A program made the translations under genes and the position numbers. From Gemmatimonadaceae bacterium (GTDB lineage Bacteria; Gemmatimonadota; Gemmatimonadetes; Gemmatimonadales; Gemmatimonadaceae), in the NCBI GenBank assembly GCA_025928335.1, contig JAICJQ010000004.1, positions 6,228 through 70,227 of the forward strand: a DNA stretch of 64,000 bases, in the 5' to 3' direction. Positions 9,318-17,774 of the stretch are shown piece by piece (position 1 is the stretch's first letter; every line of letters begins with the position of its first letter). The notes below the pieces were generated by a model. That model was not told the origin of the DNA. It searched no databases and saw only the letters and a program-made list of their open reading frames with translations.

Positions 9318-9614
9318 ATGGACCCAGACCGGGAAGTTTCGCTGAACGCAGCCGCCATCTATTGGCGTGAGCTGCCCGGCGGTGGCTATGTGGCGATCGA
9401 CGTCCGCCGAGAGCGAGAGGTTCCTAAGAGTTGCGTGTCGGTGGAGCGACGCGCGAAGCACGAGCGACGAGGCGGCCACACGCCGATTGTGATCGCCGAG
9501 GCCGATGGTGACGAACGATCGCCGGCTTTCGCTGAGTTGTATCGACTGGCGGCGGACAACGCCGCGATCGCGCGAGCGCTACTCGAGATCCAGGGACCGC
9601 AGCGCGCCGATTGA
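9318..9614 (+). CDS. Hypothetical 98-aa protein downstream of ligD
   Basis: ATG lies 15 nt after the ligD stop and is preceded by GGAGAAG. No recognisable motif. Confidence 0.45.
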   Translation: MDPDREVSLNAAAIYWRELPGGGYVAIDVRREREVPKSCVSVERRAKHERRGGHTPIVIAEADGDERSPAFAELYRLAADNAAIARALLEIQGPQRAD

Positions 9615-9617
9615 TCG

Positions 9618-10316
9618 TTAGCCGAGCGCGTCGAACCGGACGCCCCGCCGTGCGCGACGACGTCGCGGGGGAGCGTAGCGGAAGAGCTGCGCGGGACGTC
9701 CCCGTCCCTCGCTGCGCCATTCGTCCGTCGCTTCGACAAGCGACGCTGCGTGAAGGGCGCGGCGAAAGCTGGCCTTGTGCAGCTTGCGTCCAAGCAGAAG
9801 CTCATAAATCCGCTGCAGGTCGCTCAGCGTGAATACCGGCGGGAGCAAGCGGAAGGCGATCGGCTGTTGATCCACACGAGCGCGCAGCGCCTCGCGCGCG
9901 GCTTCTACGTCGTCACGCTGACGCGGCGCCAGTGATGCGAGCGTGTCCGATACGTCGAGCCACGCGTGCGGCGAGCGAACGGCCGTTCCCGTGGGTAGTA
10001 GTCCAAAGTACAGCACCGTGAGCCGAAACTTGTCGGCCGACGGCCGAGCGCCGAATGTGGCGACCTGCTCGATGACGGTCGGCGCGGTCGGCGCGGTCGG
10101 CGCGACTTCCTTGGCCAGGTCCAGAGCGCACTGATCGGGCGTCTCATCGGTCCCGAGCGTCGAAACCGGGAGCATCAGTTTGAAACGAGATCGCTCGTCG
10201 GCCGCGGAGCGCACGACGACGCCCAGCTCGCCGTCATGTGGCGTGAAGAGCACAAGCTCGACGCCGACGGCAAATCCGCGCGCGGAAGCGCGTCGCGACG
10301 ACGAACGATCGCTCAT
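9618..10316 (-). CDS. NrtR-like regulator: degenerate Nudix domain + C-terminal winged-helix domain
   Basis: C-terminal FTLSDLQRIYELLLGRKLHKASFRRALHAASLVEATDEWRSEGRGRPAQLFRY matches my memory of the NrtR wHTH. The N-terminal Nudix box is degenerate (GTDETPDQCALDLAKEVAP) and carries a PTAPTAPT insert. Confidence 0.65.
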   Translation of the reverse strand: MSDRSSSRRASARGFAVGVELVLFTPHDGELGVVVRSAADERSRFKLMLPVSTLGTDETPDQCALDLAKEVAPTAPTAPTVIEQVATFGARPSADKFRLTVLYFGLLPTGTAVRSPHAWLDVSDTLASLAPRQRDDVEAAREALRARVDQQPIAFRLLPPVFTLSDLQRIYELLLGRKLHKASFRRALHAASLVEATDEWRSEGRGRPAQLFRYAPPRRRRARRGVRFDALG

Positions 10317-10324
10317 GCGCGCGA

Positions 10325-10354
10325 ATTAGTGGCAGGCTGTCAATAACGTCAAGA
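10325..10354 (-). promoter_or_regulatory. Sigma70-like promoter candidate for the NrtR-like gene, possibly giving a leaderless mRNA
   Basis: Minus strand reads TTGACG-18 nt-TAATTC, with only 6 nt between the -10 hexamer and the ATG at 10316. A second TTGAC copy sits 5 nt downstream of the first. Confidence 0.35.
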
Positions 10355-10377
10355 CACCGACGACGGGCGAGGGCCGC

Positions 10378-12228
10378 CTAGGGTAAGGCTGATCGCGCCA
10401 GGCCAGCGCCGAAAGAGAGGACCGGGGGGATGCTGATCGGGAGACGGCCGCTGATGGCTGCGGTGCCGAGAAGGGCGTGGGCAGCCGCGTTTTGCGAGAC
10501 CGGAAAACCTCCCCACGCGACGACGTAGGTGGACGCGTCCGGGACCTGCTGCAACAAATACGGATTGCCGAAGGCGACGAGGATTGTCCGGGGGTGGCGT
10601 CGGACGAGCGTGCGAAGAAAGCGCGCGACGGGCTCCGGTGCGTTGGGATTGGAAACGTTGGTGCCGGTCGTGATGTAGGAGCTGATGATGGCAACGTCCG
10701 AGGAGTCAGCGGCGCCGAGTAGACGATCAAAGTTCGTGGACGGATCGTCGGGCACGATTTGCTCGGTGCGGAGGTCCGCAAAAGAGCGTCGTAATTCGGC
10801 GTTGAAGGTGGCGCCCGCGGCGAGGTCGGTGCGGCCGGCGATCGAGATCGAGAGCACGCGTCGAGCAGGATTCCCGGAGCGCCCAATCGGAACGAGGGAA
10901 AGAGAATCCTTCGCCAGCGTAACGGCGCGTTGTGCTATCGCGGCGGCGGTGGCGAGATGGGCCGTATCGCCAACGATGGCGCGGAGTGAATCGAGATCGA
11001 CGACGCGTTGCCGATTCAAGCCAAGTCGCTGCTTGATCTCGAGGACGCGCCGAACGGACGAGTCGACCCGCGCTTGTGTGAATCGGCCCTCGCGTACACC
11101 ACTGACGACAGCATCGATTGCCGCGGGCACGTCGCTTGGCATAAGCAGAATGTCCGCGCCAGCGGCGACGGCGAGCTTACAGGCTTCGGCGATATTCAAC
11201 GCGTTCTTGATCGCGCCGTAGTTGCCGCTCGCCGACTGGCCGGCGGACGACCCCGTCGTGACGCGTGACAGGACACCGTTCATGTCCATCGCGTCGGTGA
11301 TGAGCAACCCCTTGAATCCAAGCTGTTTGCGCAGCAATCCCGTCATGATCGCGGGATTGAGTGTCGCAGGAACGGACGCGGTGTCGAGAGCCGGCACGAG
11401 GCCATGAAAGGTCATCATACCGTCGATGCCGGCGGCGATCGCTCGACGGAATGGCACGAGCTCCACCGAGTCGATACGCGCGCGGCTCGCATGGACTGTC
11501 GTAATGGTGAGATGTGAATTCTCGTCGGTGTCGCCGTGCCCGGGAAAATGCTTCCCGGTGGCGAGCACGCCGTGATCCTGCAGGCCATGGATCAGCGCTT
11601 GGCCCATGTCGGCGACGAGCCGCGGATCCTCACCGAAGGAGCGCATTCCGATGACGGGGTTCGCCGGATTGTTGTTGACGTCGAGCACGGGAGCGAAGGC
11701 GATGTGAACGCCGAGCGCGCGCGCCTCGATGGCGGTGATCCGTCCCTCTTGATAGGCGAGCGACGTGTCGCGTGTGGCGCCGAGCCCCATTTGATATGGG
11801 AACATCGTGCCGCCGCCGAGATAAATGTTGTTGGGAAGGAAGTATCCGCCGCGCTGGCGAAAGGCGACGCCGGTTTCGTAGTCCGCGCCGACGACCAGTG
11901 GCAGCGCGCTGAGTCGCTGCATGGCGTTGAGCTTTTCGGCGGTCTCCGTCGGAGAACCGATGGACATGATGAAGCCGCCGACGTGCTCGTGCGCGATGAG
12001 CTGCTGCACGCGAATCCAACCGGGGCTCGACGTTGGCGTGTAGTCGCCGAACAATTGAGGCCAGACCAACTGGGCGGCGCGGTCGCGCGGCGACATTGTC
12101 GCAAGCACGGAGTCGGCCCAGTGCGCCGCGCCGGGCGTTGCTCCGGGAACGCGTGCGACGACTGACGTCGCGCAACCCAAGGCCGACGTCGCGGCGAACA
12201 GCGCGGCGAGCCGACGGACTTCGCTCAC
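10378..12228 (-). CDS. Glycoside hydrolase family 3 (beta-N-acetylhexosaminidase/NagZ-like catalytic domain plus C-terminal domain), secreted
   Basis: KHFPGHGDTDENSH and MRSFGEDP GH3 signatures. Preferred start is GTG 12228, giving the signal VSEVRRLAALFAATSALGCA and overlapping the yggX stop in GTGA. The listed ORF extends to 12393, which would overlap yggX. Confidence 0.85.
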   Translation of the reverse strand: MSEVRRLAALFAATSALGCATSVVARVPGATPGAAHWADSVLATMSPRDRAAQLVWPQLFGDYTPTSSPGWIRVQQLIAHEHVGGFIMSIGSPTETAEKLNAMQRLSALPLVVGADYETGVAFRQRGGYFLPNNIYLGGGTMFPYQMGLGATRDTSLAYQEGRITAIEARALGVHIAFAPVLDVNNNPANPVIGMRSFGEDPRLVADMGQALIHGLQDHGVLATGKHFPGHGDTDENSHLTITTVHASRARIDSVELVPFRRAIAAGIDGMMTFHGLVPALDTASVPATLNPAIMTGLLRKQLGFKGLLITDAMDMNGVLSRVTTGSSAGQSASGNYGAIKNALNIAEACKLAVAAGADILLMPSDVPAAIDAVVSGVREGRFTQARVDSSVRRVLEIKQRLGLNRQRVVDLDSLRAIVGDTAHLATAAAIAQRAVTLAKDSLSLVPIGRSGNPARRVLSISIAGRTDLAAGATFNAELRRSFADLRTEQIVPDDPSTNFDRLLGAADSSDVAIISSYITTGTNVSNPNAPEPVARFLRTLVRRHPRTILVAFGNPYLLQQVPDASTYVVAWGGFPVSQNAAAHALLGTAAISGRLPISIPPVLSFGAGLARSALP

Positions 12229-12503
12229 CACTGAATGGTGCCCTTCTTCGAGGTGTCGACTTCCTCCTCCGAGGCCGACTTGAAGAGAAAGCCCTGCATG
12301 TTCTGCTTCAAGAAGCTTCGCGCCTGCGGATCCATGACGTTCAGGCCATAGTGGTTGATCAGCATCGTCTGCTGTCGGAGCCACTGCCCCCAACAGTCCT
12401 GGCAGATTTGTTCGACGATGCGCTGGCCGATTGCGCCGGGAAATGGTGGGCGCTCAAAGGCAGGTTTGACCTGGCCGCAACGTACGCAGGTGATCTCAGA
12501 CAT
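12225..12503 (-). CDS. yggX: Fe(2+)-trafficking / oxidative-damage protection protein YggX
   Basis: MSEITCVRCGQVKPAFERPPFPGAIGQRIVEQICQDCWGQWLRQQTMLINHYGLNVMDPQARSFLKQNMQGFLF is collinear with E. coli YggX as I remember it (QTMLIN, FLF). ATG 12503 is internal to listed ORF 12225..12599, whose N-terminal extension merely reads through the repeat array. Confidence 0.85.
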   Translation of the reverse strand: MSEITCVRCGQVKPAFERPPFPGAIGQRIVEQICQDCWGQWLRQQTMLINHYGLNVMDPQARSFLKQNMQGFLFKSASEEEVDTSKKGTIQW

Positions 12504-12540
12504 AAAGTGTTGGTTGGACGTTCCGCAATTTAGGGACTCG

Positions 12541-12596
12541 GCGACGGGCGACGGGCGACGGGCGACGGGCGGCGGGCGGTGGCCGGCGGGTGGTGG
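12541..12596. repeat. Tandem heptanucleotide array (4 perfect GCGACGG + 4 degenerate units); G-quadruplex-prone on the + strand
   Basis: Read directly: GCGACGG x4, then GCGGCGG, GCGGTGG, CCGGCGG, GTGGTGG. Six GGG runs, mostly at 7-nt spacing. Confidence 0.9.
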
Positions 12597-12606
12597 CATG
12601 CGGGCG

Positions 12607-12635
12607 AAAAAAAGGGGTCGCCGTGTGGCGACCCC
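12607..12635 (-). terminator. Rho-independent terminator after the desaturase gene
   Basis: Minus strand reads GGGGTCGCC-ACAC-GGCGACCCC followed by TTTTTTT, 25 nt after the stop at 12660. Confidence 0.75.
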
Positions 12636-12659
12636 ATTATGACTGCCAGACGATTCTTA

Positions 12660-13412
12660 TCAGTGACCGCGAGCGTAGTCGACCTTGGCGAGCCGAACGA
12701 ACTGGAGCATGCGAATGTAGACCCAGCCGATGTCGAACTCGAACCACCGCGCGGCGAAACGAGCTGACTTTGGATCGGCGTGGTGATTGTTGTGGAGCTC
12801 TTCGCCGCCGAGCCAGATGGCGATCGGCGAGATGTTCCGGCTCTCGTCCTTCACGGGGAAGTTGCGATATCCGAGGGCGTGCCCGACGCCATTGACGATG
12901 CCGGCGGCCCAGAAAGGGATCCACATCATCTGGATGCCCCAAACAACAGGACCGATGAAGAAGCCGAAGAGATATACATCCGCGACGAGCATGATCAGAA
13001 TGCCGAGCCAATTCAGACGGCTCAGGAGGTGCCGCTCGATCCAATCATTGGGAGTTCCCTTGCCGTACTTCTCCAGCATACCGGGTTGGCGCACGGCGCG
13101 ACGATAGTAGAACGCGCCCTTAAAGACGATGTTGCGGAGCCCCTCGAGCAACGGGCTGTGGGGATCGCCTTCGCGATCGGCAAAGGCATGGTGCTTCCGA
13201 TGGCACGCGACCCACTCCTTGGTCACTATCGCGGTGGTCAGCCAAAGCCAGAGTCGCATGGGAAGCGCCGCGAGGTAGTGCAACCGAACGCCACGATGCG
13301 TCTGCGCACGGTGGAGAAAGAGCGTAACGCAAACATTGGTGACGTGGCCTGCGATGACCACGAAGAGAATGGGCACCCACCAGCGACCTGCCCAAACGCC
13401 GAAACCTGGCAT
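12660..13412 (-). CDS. Membrane fatty-acid (acyl-CoA/acyl-lipid delta-9-type) desaturase
   Basis: Three His boxes: HRAQTH, HRKHHAFAD and HNNHHAD, with TM segments between them. ATG 13412 has GGAG 7 nt upstream; GTG 13427 is the alternative. Confidence 0.85.
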   Translation of the reverse strand: MPGFGVWAGRWWVPILFVVIAGHVTNVCVTLFLHRAQTHRGVRLHYLAALPMRLWLWLTTAIVTKEWVACHRKHHAFADREGDPHSPLLEGLRNIVFKGAFYYRRAVRQPGMLEKYGKGTPNDWIERHLLSRLNWLGILIMLVADVYLFGFFIGPVVWGIQMMWIPFWAAGIVNGVGHALGYRNFPVKDESRNISPIAIWLGGEELHNNHHADPKSARFAARWFEFDIGWVYIRMLQFVRLAKVDYARGH

Positions 13413-13531
13413 TGCTGAACTCCGCACTTGAGACCAAGGTCCAGGATCGCCAGTAGCGTCCCGGTCGAGCCGAGCAATTTAAGCTGACCCGGTCACTGCT
13501 GCCATGAGACGACGCGTGCTCAAGAACGCCA

Positions 13532-15733
13532 CTAGGGCTTTCCCTGATTCGGTGGACGTACGGCTGGCGCGGCGCTACCAGCCGCCGAGCCCGCCGGAGT
13601 GTCGGCAGGAGGAGCGTCTCCCCACACATCATTCGCGCTGTTGACGTCGGGTACGCTTGGATCGGGCCACAGGCGCACGCCGACGACAGACCGGCGAACG
13701 GGGATTGTTGCCATGTAGCGATCCGTTCTCGTCCAGATTTCCACTGGCAGCCGAACATCTGTCGTGGTCCGATCATCGAACTTGAGACGCATCGTGACCG
13801 GGAAGGGAATCGAAGTCGCCCGGCGGAGGTGCACTTCGACGACGTTTTCGCCCCCCGCCTGTCGCATCGTGACCCCGTCGACGGCGATGTCGAGAACGTC
13901 TGTGCCGTAGAAGAACGCGCGCCAGAACCAGCCGAGGTCTTGTCCGGAAACGTTTTCGACGGTGCGGAAAAAGTCGGCCGGCGTCGGATGCTTGAACGCC
14001 CAGCGGCGGACGTATTCTCGCATCGAACGATCCATCGCGTCGCGGCCGATAACGCCGCTCCGCAATGCGAGAAGCACAGCTCCCGGTTTGCGGTATGCCA
14101 TGGCGCCGAGGGCGTCAGGATCAATGCGATCGGCGGGCGTCATGACCGGCGATTGTCGGCCGCTCTCGACGGCCTGCCGCCAGCTACTGAGGTACGCCGG
14201 AAAGGCGACGGTGCCGGGGTTGCGTCGCTCGTTGGAAAAGGCGTTCTGGAAGGTGTTGAAGCCTTCATCCATCCAGGCGTGCCGCCGCTCGTTCGAGCCG
14301 ACGATCATCGGGAACCACTCGTGGCCCTGCTCGTGGTCGATCGTGCTGAAGGTCGACGCAGGGTCGGCGGTGCCGTAGCCGACCATGACCAACATGGGAT
14401 ACTCCATTCCCGCCACCGGGCCCGCGATGGAAGTCGCCTGCGGATACGGGTACCGCATCCAGAGGTCGGAGTATGTCTTGATCGCCCATTGCGTCTGTTC
14501 GGCCGCCGATTCCCACGCCTGACCCGCTTTAGGAGACTCATATAAGGCTTGTATCAACACGCCATCCCAACTGGTGGCGTCCCAACGGAAGTCGGGGGCG
14601 GCGGCCCATGCGGCGTCGCGCACGTGCTCAGCACGGAAACGCCAGCTTTTCGTTCCGGTGATGCCGCGTCGGCGTCTCGCGGCAGCCTCGTCCGCAGTGA
14701 CGACCTGGACGACTTGCGTCATCCGCGAGGCGCGCTCGAGGCGCTCGGCTTGACTCGTGGTGAGCACGTCGCGCGGGTTTTGGAGCGTTCCGCTTCCGGC
14801 AACGATGAAGCCGGATGGCACCGTGACGGTGTAGTCGATGTCGCCGTATTCGAGATAGAACTCACCTTGGCCGAGGTAGGGATCGGTGTTCCATCCCCGA
14901 GTGTCGTCGTACACCGCCATGCGCGGGTACCACTGCGCGACGAGGTAGAGTGAGCTGTCGCGCCCCATGCGATCGGAGCCGTGTTCGGGAACGGCGAACG
15001 AATACTGCATCCCAATGGTGAGCTGGCCCCCTTTCGGCAGCAGGGGGGTGTCCAAGTCGATTCGCATCATCGTGTCATCGACCTTACCGACTGTCCCGCG
15101 ACCATTTACCTGAAGGCCGGTGATCTCGTAGCCGCCTTGAAACCCTCGAACTCCGAAGCGTGACTGCGCGGCAAAGACGAAGCTCCCCTTACTGCCGGGC
15201 TTATAGAGGTTCTGGTCGAGCTGGAGCCAAACGAAACGGAGGGTGTCCGGCGAATTGTTTGTATAACGAATACTTACCGATCCGCGGACGGTCTTGTCCG
15301 TCGTATCCAAGGTCGCGGCGATGGTATAGTCGGCGCGCTGCTGCCAGTAGTCGGAACCCGGCGCGCCGGACGCTGTTCGGACGCGGGAGGGCGACGGCCA
15401 GTCGAAAGGATCGACGCCGTGGAAAGGATCATCGGCGACGGACGCAGGCGGACGTGTAACGGTAACGGGTGCCGGGGCCGAATTCGCGAAACGCGGGACG
15501 ACGAGCACAGGGGTGACAACCTGCGGTCCACGCCCGAAGCAGGCCGCGCTAAGTATCGCCCCGACAACCCCGAGTGCTTGCGCTGCTGGCAGAGCTTGGC
15601 TACCTCTGCTGCGATGGCGCGAAAGACACCGAAAAAGACGGAGGGTATCGCCGCGATCGTCGATGGTCAGGCGACGCGAGCGGGGACGGCGCGTTATCGC
15701 GACCGTTTCAGCGCGGAGTTTGTCGCGGATCAT
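13532..15733 (-). CDS. M1-family zinc metallopeptidase (aminopeptidase N-like), secreted; start codon unresolved
   Basis: HEQGHEWF (HExxH) followed by WMDEGFNTF (the distal Glu ligand). Hydrophobic signal-like segment ALGVVGAILSAACFG. The only in-frame ATG upstream of that segment is 15733, which overlaps the divergent AKR gene by 120 nt. GTG 15508 would remove the signal. Confidence 0.8.
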   Translation of the reverse strand: MIRDKLRAETVAITRRPRSRRLTIDDRGDTLRLFRCLSRHRSRGSQALPAAQALGVVGAILSAACFGRGPQVVTPVLVVPRFANSAPAPVTVTRPPASVADDPFHGVDPFDWPSPSRVRTASGAPGSDYWQQRADYTIAATLDTTDKTVRGSVSIRYTNNSPDTLRFVWLQLDQNLYKPGSKGSFVFAAQSRFGVRGFQGGYEITGLQVNGRGTVGKVDDTMMRIDLDTPLLPKGGQLTIGMQYSFAVPEHGSDRMGRDSSLYLVAQWYPRMAVYDDTRGWNTDPYLGQGEFYLEYGDIDYTVTVPSGFIVAGSGTLQNPRDVLTTSQAERLERASRMTQVVQVVTADEAAARRRRGITGTKSWRFRAEHVRDAAWAAAPDFRWDATSWDGVLIQALYESPKAGQAWESAAEQTQWAIKTYSDLWMRYPYPQATSIAGPVAGMEYPMLVMVGYGTADPASTFSTIDHEQGHEWFPMIVGSNERRHAWMDEGFNTFQNAFSNERRNPGTVAFPAYLSSWRQAVESGRQSPVMTPADRIDPDALGAMAYRKPGAVLLALRSGVIGRDAMDRSMREYVRRWAFKHPTPADFFRTVENVSGQDLGWFWRAFFYGTDVLDIAVDGVTMRQAGGENVVEVHLRRATSIPFPVTMRLKFDDRTTTDVRLPVEIWTRTDRYMATIPVRRSVVGVRLWPDPSVPDVNSANDVWGDAPPADTPAGSAAGSAAPAVRPPNQGKP

Positions 15734-16741
15734 TTTCGTGACACGTCCTTCACGGGTTACATGTCGTCCATCGGCATTGGCACCTACCTCGGTGACACTA
15801 CCGATGAGGATGACGCATCCTACACGACGGCAATCCAACACGCAGTTGGATCTGGGATCAATGTCATCGATACCGCGCTCAACTATCGGGCGCAGCGATC
15901 GGAACGAAGCGTCGGTGCTGCGATCCGGCGCGCGATCGAAGCCGGCGTAATCCAGCGAGACGAGATCGTCGTCTGCTCGAAGGCCGGGTATGTTCCGCTC
16001 GATGGTACTCCGCCCGCCACGCGAGAGGAATACCGAGAGTATGTGGAGCGCGAGTTTCTCGAGAAAGAAATCGTCCTCCGCGAAGAGCTGGTTGGTGGCG
16101 GCCACAGCTTAGCGCCGCGGTTTCTACGCTACTGCCTGGCGAAAAGCCGACAGAACCTCGGGCTCCGGACAATAGACACCTATTACCTCCACAACCCGGA
16201 GCAGCAAGCTCGTTCGGTGGAGCGTGAAACGCTCTACAGCCGGATCGAGGCGGCATTTGGGGTCTTGGAGGAGGCGGCGGAGCGCGGCGAAATCGGCATT
16301 TACGGTTGCGCGACGTGGAACGGCCTACGAACCCCTCGGGATTCGGCCGAGCATATCAGCTTGCATCGTTTGAACGCGATCGCGCATGGAATTGCGGGTG
16401 ACTCGCACCACTTCCGCGCGATTCAACTGCCGATCAACCTGGCGATGCCCGAGGCGATTCGGCAGCACACACAAACGATCGACGGAAATCAGGCGAGCGC
16501 GATCGAGGCGGCTCAGGCGTTGAACCTGACCGTGGTGGCGAGCGCCACGCTGCTGCAAGCAACTCTCGTCAAGGGACTGCCGCCGGAAATCGGGCAGCAC
16601 TATCCCGGCGCGTCGGACGCACAGCGGGCCATCCAGTTCGTTCGCTCGATCCCAGGGGTCACCACAGCGCTCGTCGGGATGCGGCGTGAGGCGCACGTCG
16701 ACGAAGATCTCGGCGCGGCTAGGGTTTCCACTCCGCGATAA
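15614..16741 (+). CDS. Aldo/keto reductase family oxidoreductase
   Basis: IGIGTYLG, INVIDTALNYR, SKAGY and YYLHNPE are typical AKR blocks. ATG 15614 is the first Met upstream of the conserved N-terminal ATRAGTARYRDRF region. Confidence 0.85.
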   Translation: MARKTPKKTEGIAAIVDGQATRAGTARYRDRFSAEFVADHFRDTSFTGYMSSIGIGTYLGDTTDEDDASYTTAIQHAVGSGINVIDTALNYRAQRSERSVGAAIRRAIEAGVIQRDEIVVCSKAGYVPLDGTPPATREEYREYVEREFLEKEIVLREELVGGGHSLAPRFLRYCLAKSRQNLGLRTIDTYYLHNPEQQARSVERETLYSRIEAAFGVLEEAAERGEIGIYGCATWNGLRTPRDSAEHISLHRLNAIAHGIAGDSHHFRAIQLPINLAMPEAIRQHTQTIDGNQASAIEAAQALNLTVVASATLLQATLVKGLPPEIGQHYPGASDAQRAIQFVRSIPGVTTALVGMRREAHVDEDLGAARVSTPR

Positions 16742-17765
16742 AGAGATTCAGGTCGCCCTCCTTCGACGAGCGGCCGGATGCCCAAACCAGCGAGCGGCCG
16801 TCTGGGCTGAACATCGGGAAGCCGTCGAATTCCGCATGGTGGGTCACCTGCTCCAAGCCCGATCCGTCGGCGTTGACGAGATAGAGCTCGAAGTTTCGGC
16901 TGCGCGGATTCTTGTAATTCGACGAGAAGATGATCTGCTTGCCGTCGGGCGTGAAATACGGCGCGAAGTTGGCGCCGCCGAGGTTCGTTATCTGATGTTG
17001 GCCGGAGCCGTCGGCGTTCATGACCCAGATCTCCATCCGATTGGGCCGCACGAGCCGTTGCTTGAGTAAATCCTGATAATTGGTGAGCGCAGTGTCGCTC
17101 GGATGCCAGGCGCGATAGACGATCTGCTTTCCGTCTGGCGAGAAGAACGGCCCGCCGTCGTAGCCTGCGGCGGTCGTGAGCCGCCTCAAGCCGGTGCCGT
17201 CGACGCGCATCGTGTAGATATCGAGGTCGCCATCCTTGAGCGACGTGAATACGATGGTTTGGCCGTCCGGCGACAGCGTACCTTCGGCGGTATAGACGCC
17301 ATAGTTGGTCAGCCGCTTGAGACCAGAACCGTCCGGGTTGGCCGTGTAGATGTCGTACGGGTCGAGACCCCAGACGTAGCCCTTGGATGGATCGGGTTTG
17401 ACCGGACAAGCGGCAGCGGCGGCGTGGGTCGAACCGAAAAAGATCTTTCGGTCGCCGTCATAGAAGTAGCCGCACGTGGTTTTTCCAAGGCCGTTAGAAA
17501 CACGATGGACGTCGGACCCATCAACGTTCATCACGAACTCCTGGTCGCAGCCGTTGCCGTCGCGCGTCGACTGGAAGATCAGGCGCCTACCGTCGTGGCT
17601 GAAATACGCCTCGGCGTTTTCGGCGCCGAAGGTGAGCTGTCGAATCTTGCCGAAGTGTCGCTCACCGGCTTCGGGCGTGGGACCTGTTGCGGCAGGATGC
17701 CGCGAACATGTGGAAACCGCCGCCGCGACTGTGATCGCGGCGGCGGCGGATGTCAGTAGGCGCAT
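16719..17765 (-). CDS. Periplasmic PD40/WD40-like beta-propeller protein (TolB-like repeats)
   Basis: Signal peptide MRLLTSAAAAITVAAAVSTC. Repeated FSxDG/SPDG blades: FSHDGRRLIF, LSPDGQTIVF, FSPDGKQIVY, FTPDGKQIIF, FSPDGRSLVW. Confidence 0.8.
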   Translation of the reverse strand: MRLLTSAAAAITVAAAVSTCSRHPAATGPTPEAGERHFGKIRQLTFGAENAEAYFSHDGRRLIFQSTRDGNGCDQEFVMNVDGSDVHRVSNGLGKTTCGYFYDGDRKIFFGSTHAAAAACPVKPDPSKGYVWGLDPYDIYTANPDGSGLKRLTNYGVYTAEGTLSPDGQTIVFTSLKDGDLDIYTMRVDGTGLRRLTTAAGYDGGPFFSPDGKQIVYRAWHPSDTALTNYQDLLKQRLVRPNRMEIWVMNADGSGQHQITNLGGANFAPYFTPDGKQIIFSSNYKNPRSRNFELYLVNADGSGLEQVTHHAEFDGFPMFSPDGRSLVWASGRSSKEGDLNLFIAEWKP

Positions 17766-17774
17766 GCCCAGAAT

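Noticed and set aside
12541-12596. Possible CRISPR array or coding tandem repeat
   Set aside because: The units are 7 nt with no spacers, so it is not a CRISPR array. A period of 7 is incompatible with a protein repeat.
12504-12599. N-terminal extension of the yggX ORF (MPPPAGHRPPPVARRPSPVA...), and likewise 12229..12393 for the GH3 ORF
   Set aside because: The yggX extension is just the heptad repeat read as codons. The internal ATG 12503 reproduces the full-length YggX alignment. The GH3 extension would overlap yggX by 169 nt.
13120-14124. 334-aa - strand ORF
   Set aside because: It is an alternative frame bridging the desaturase 5' region and the M1 peptidase 3' region, both of which have strong motifs in their own frames.
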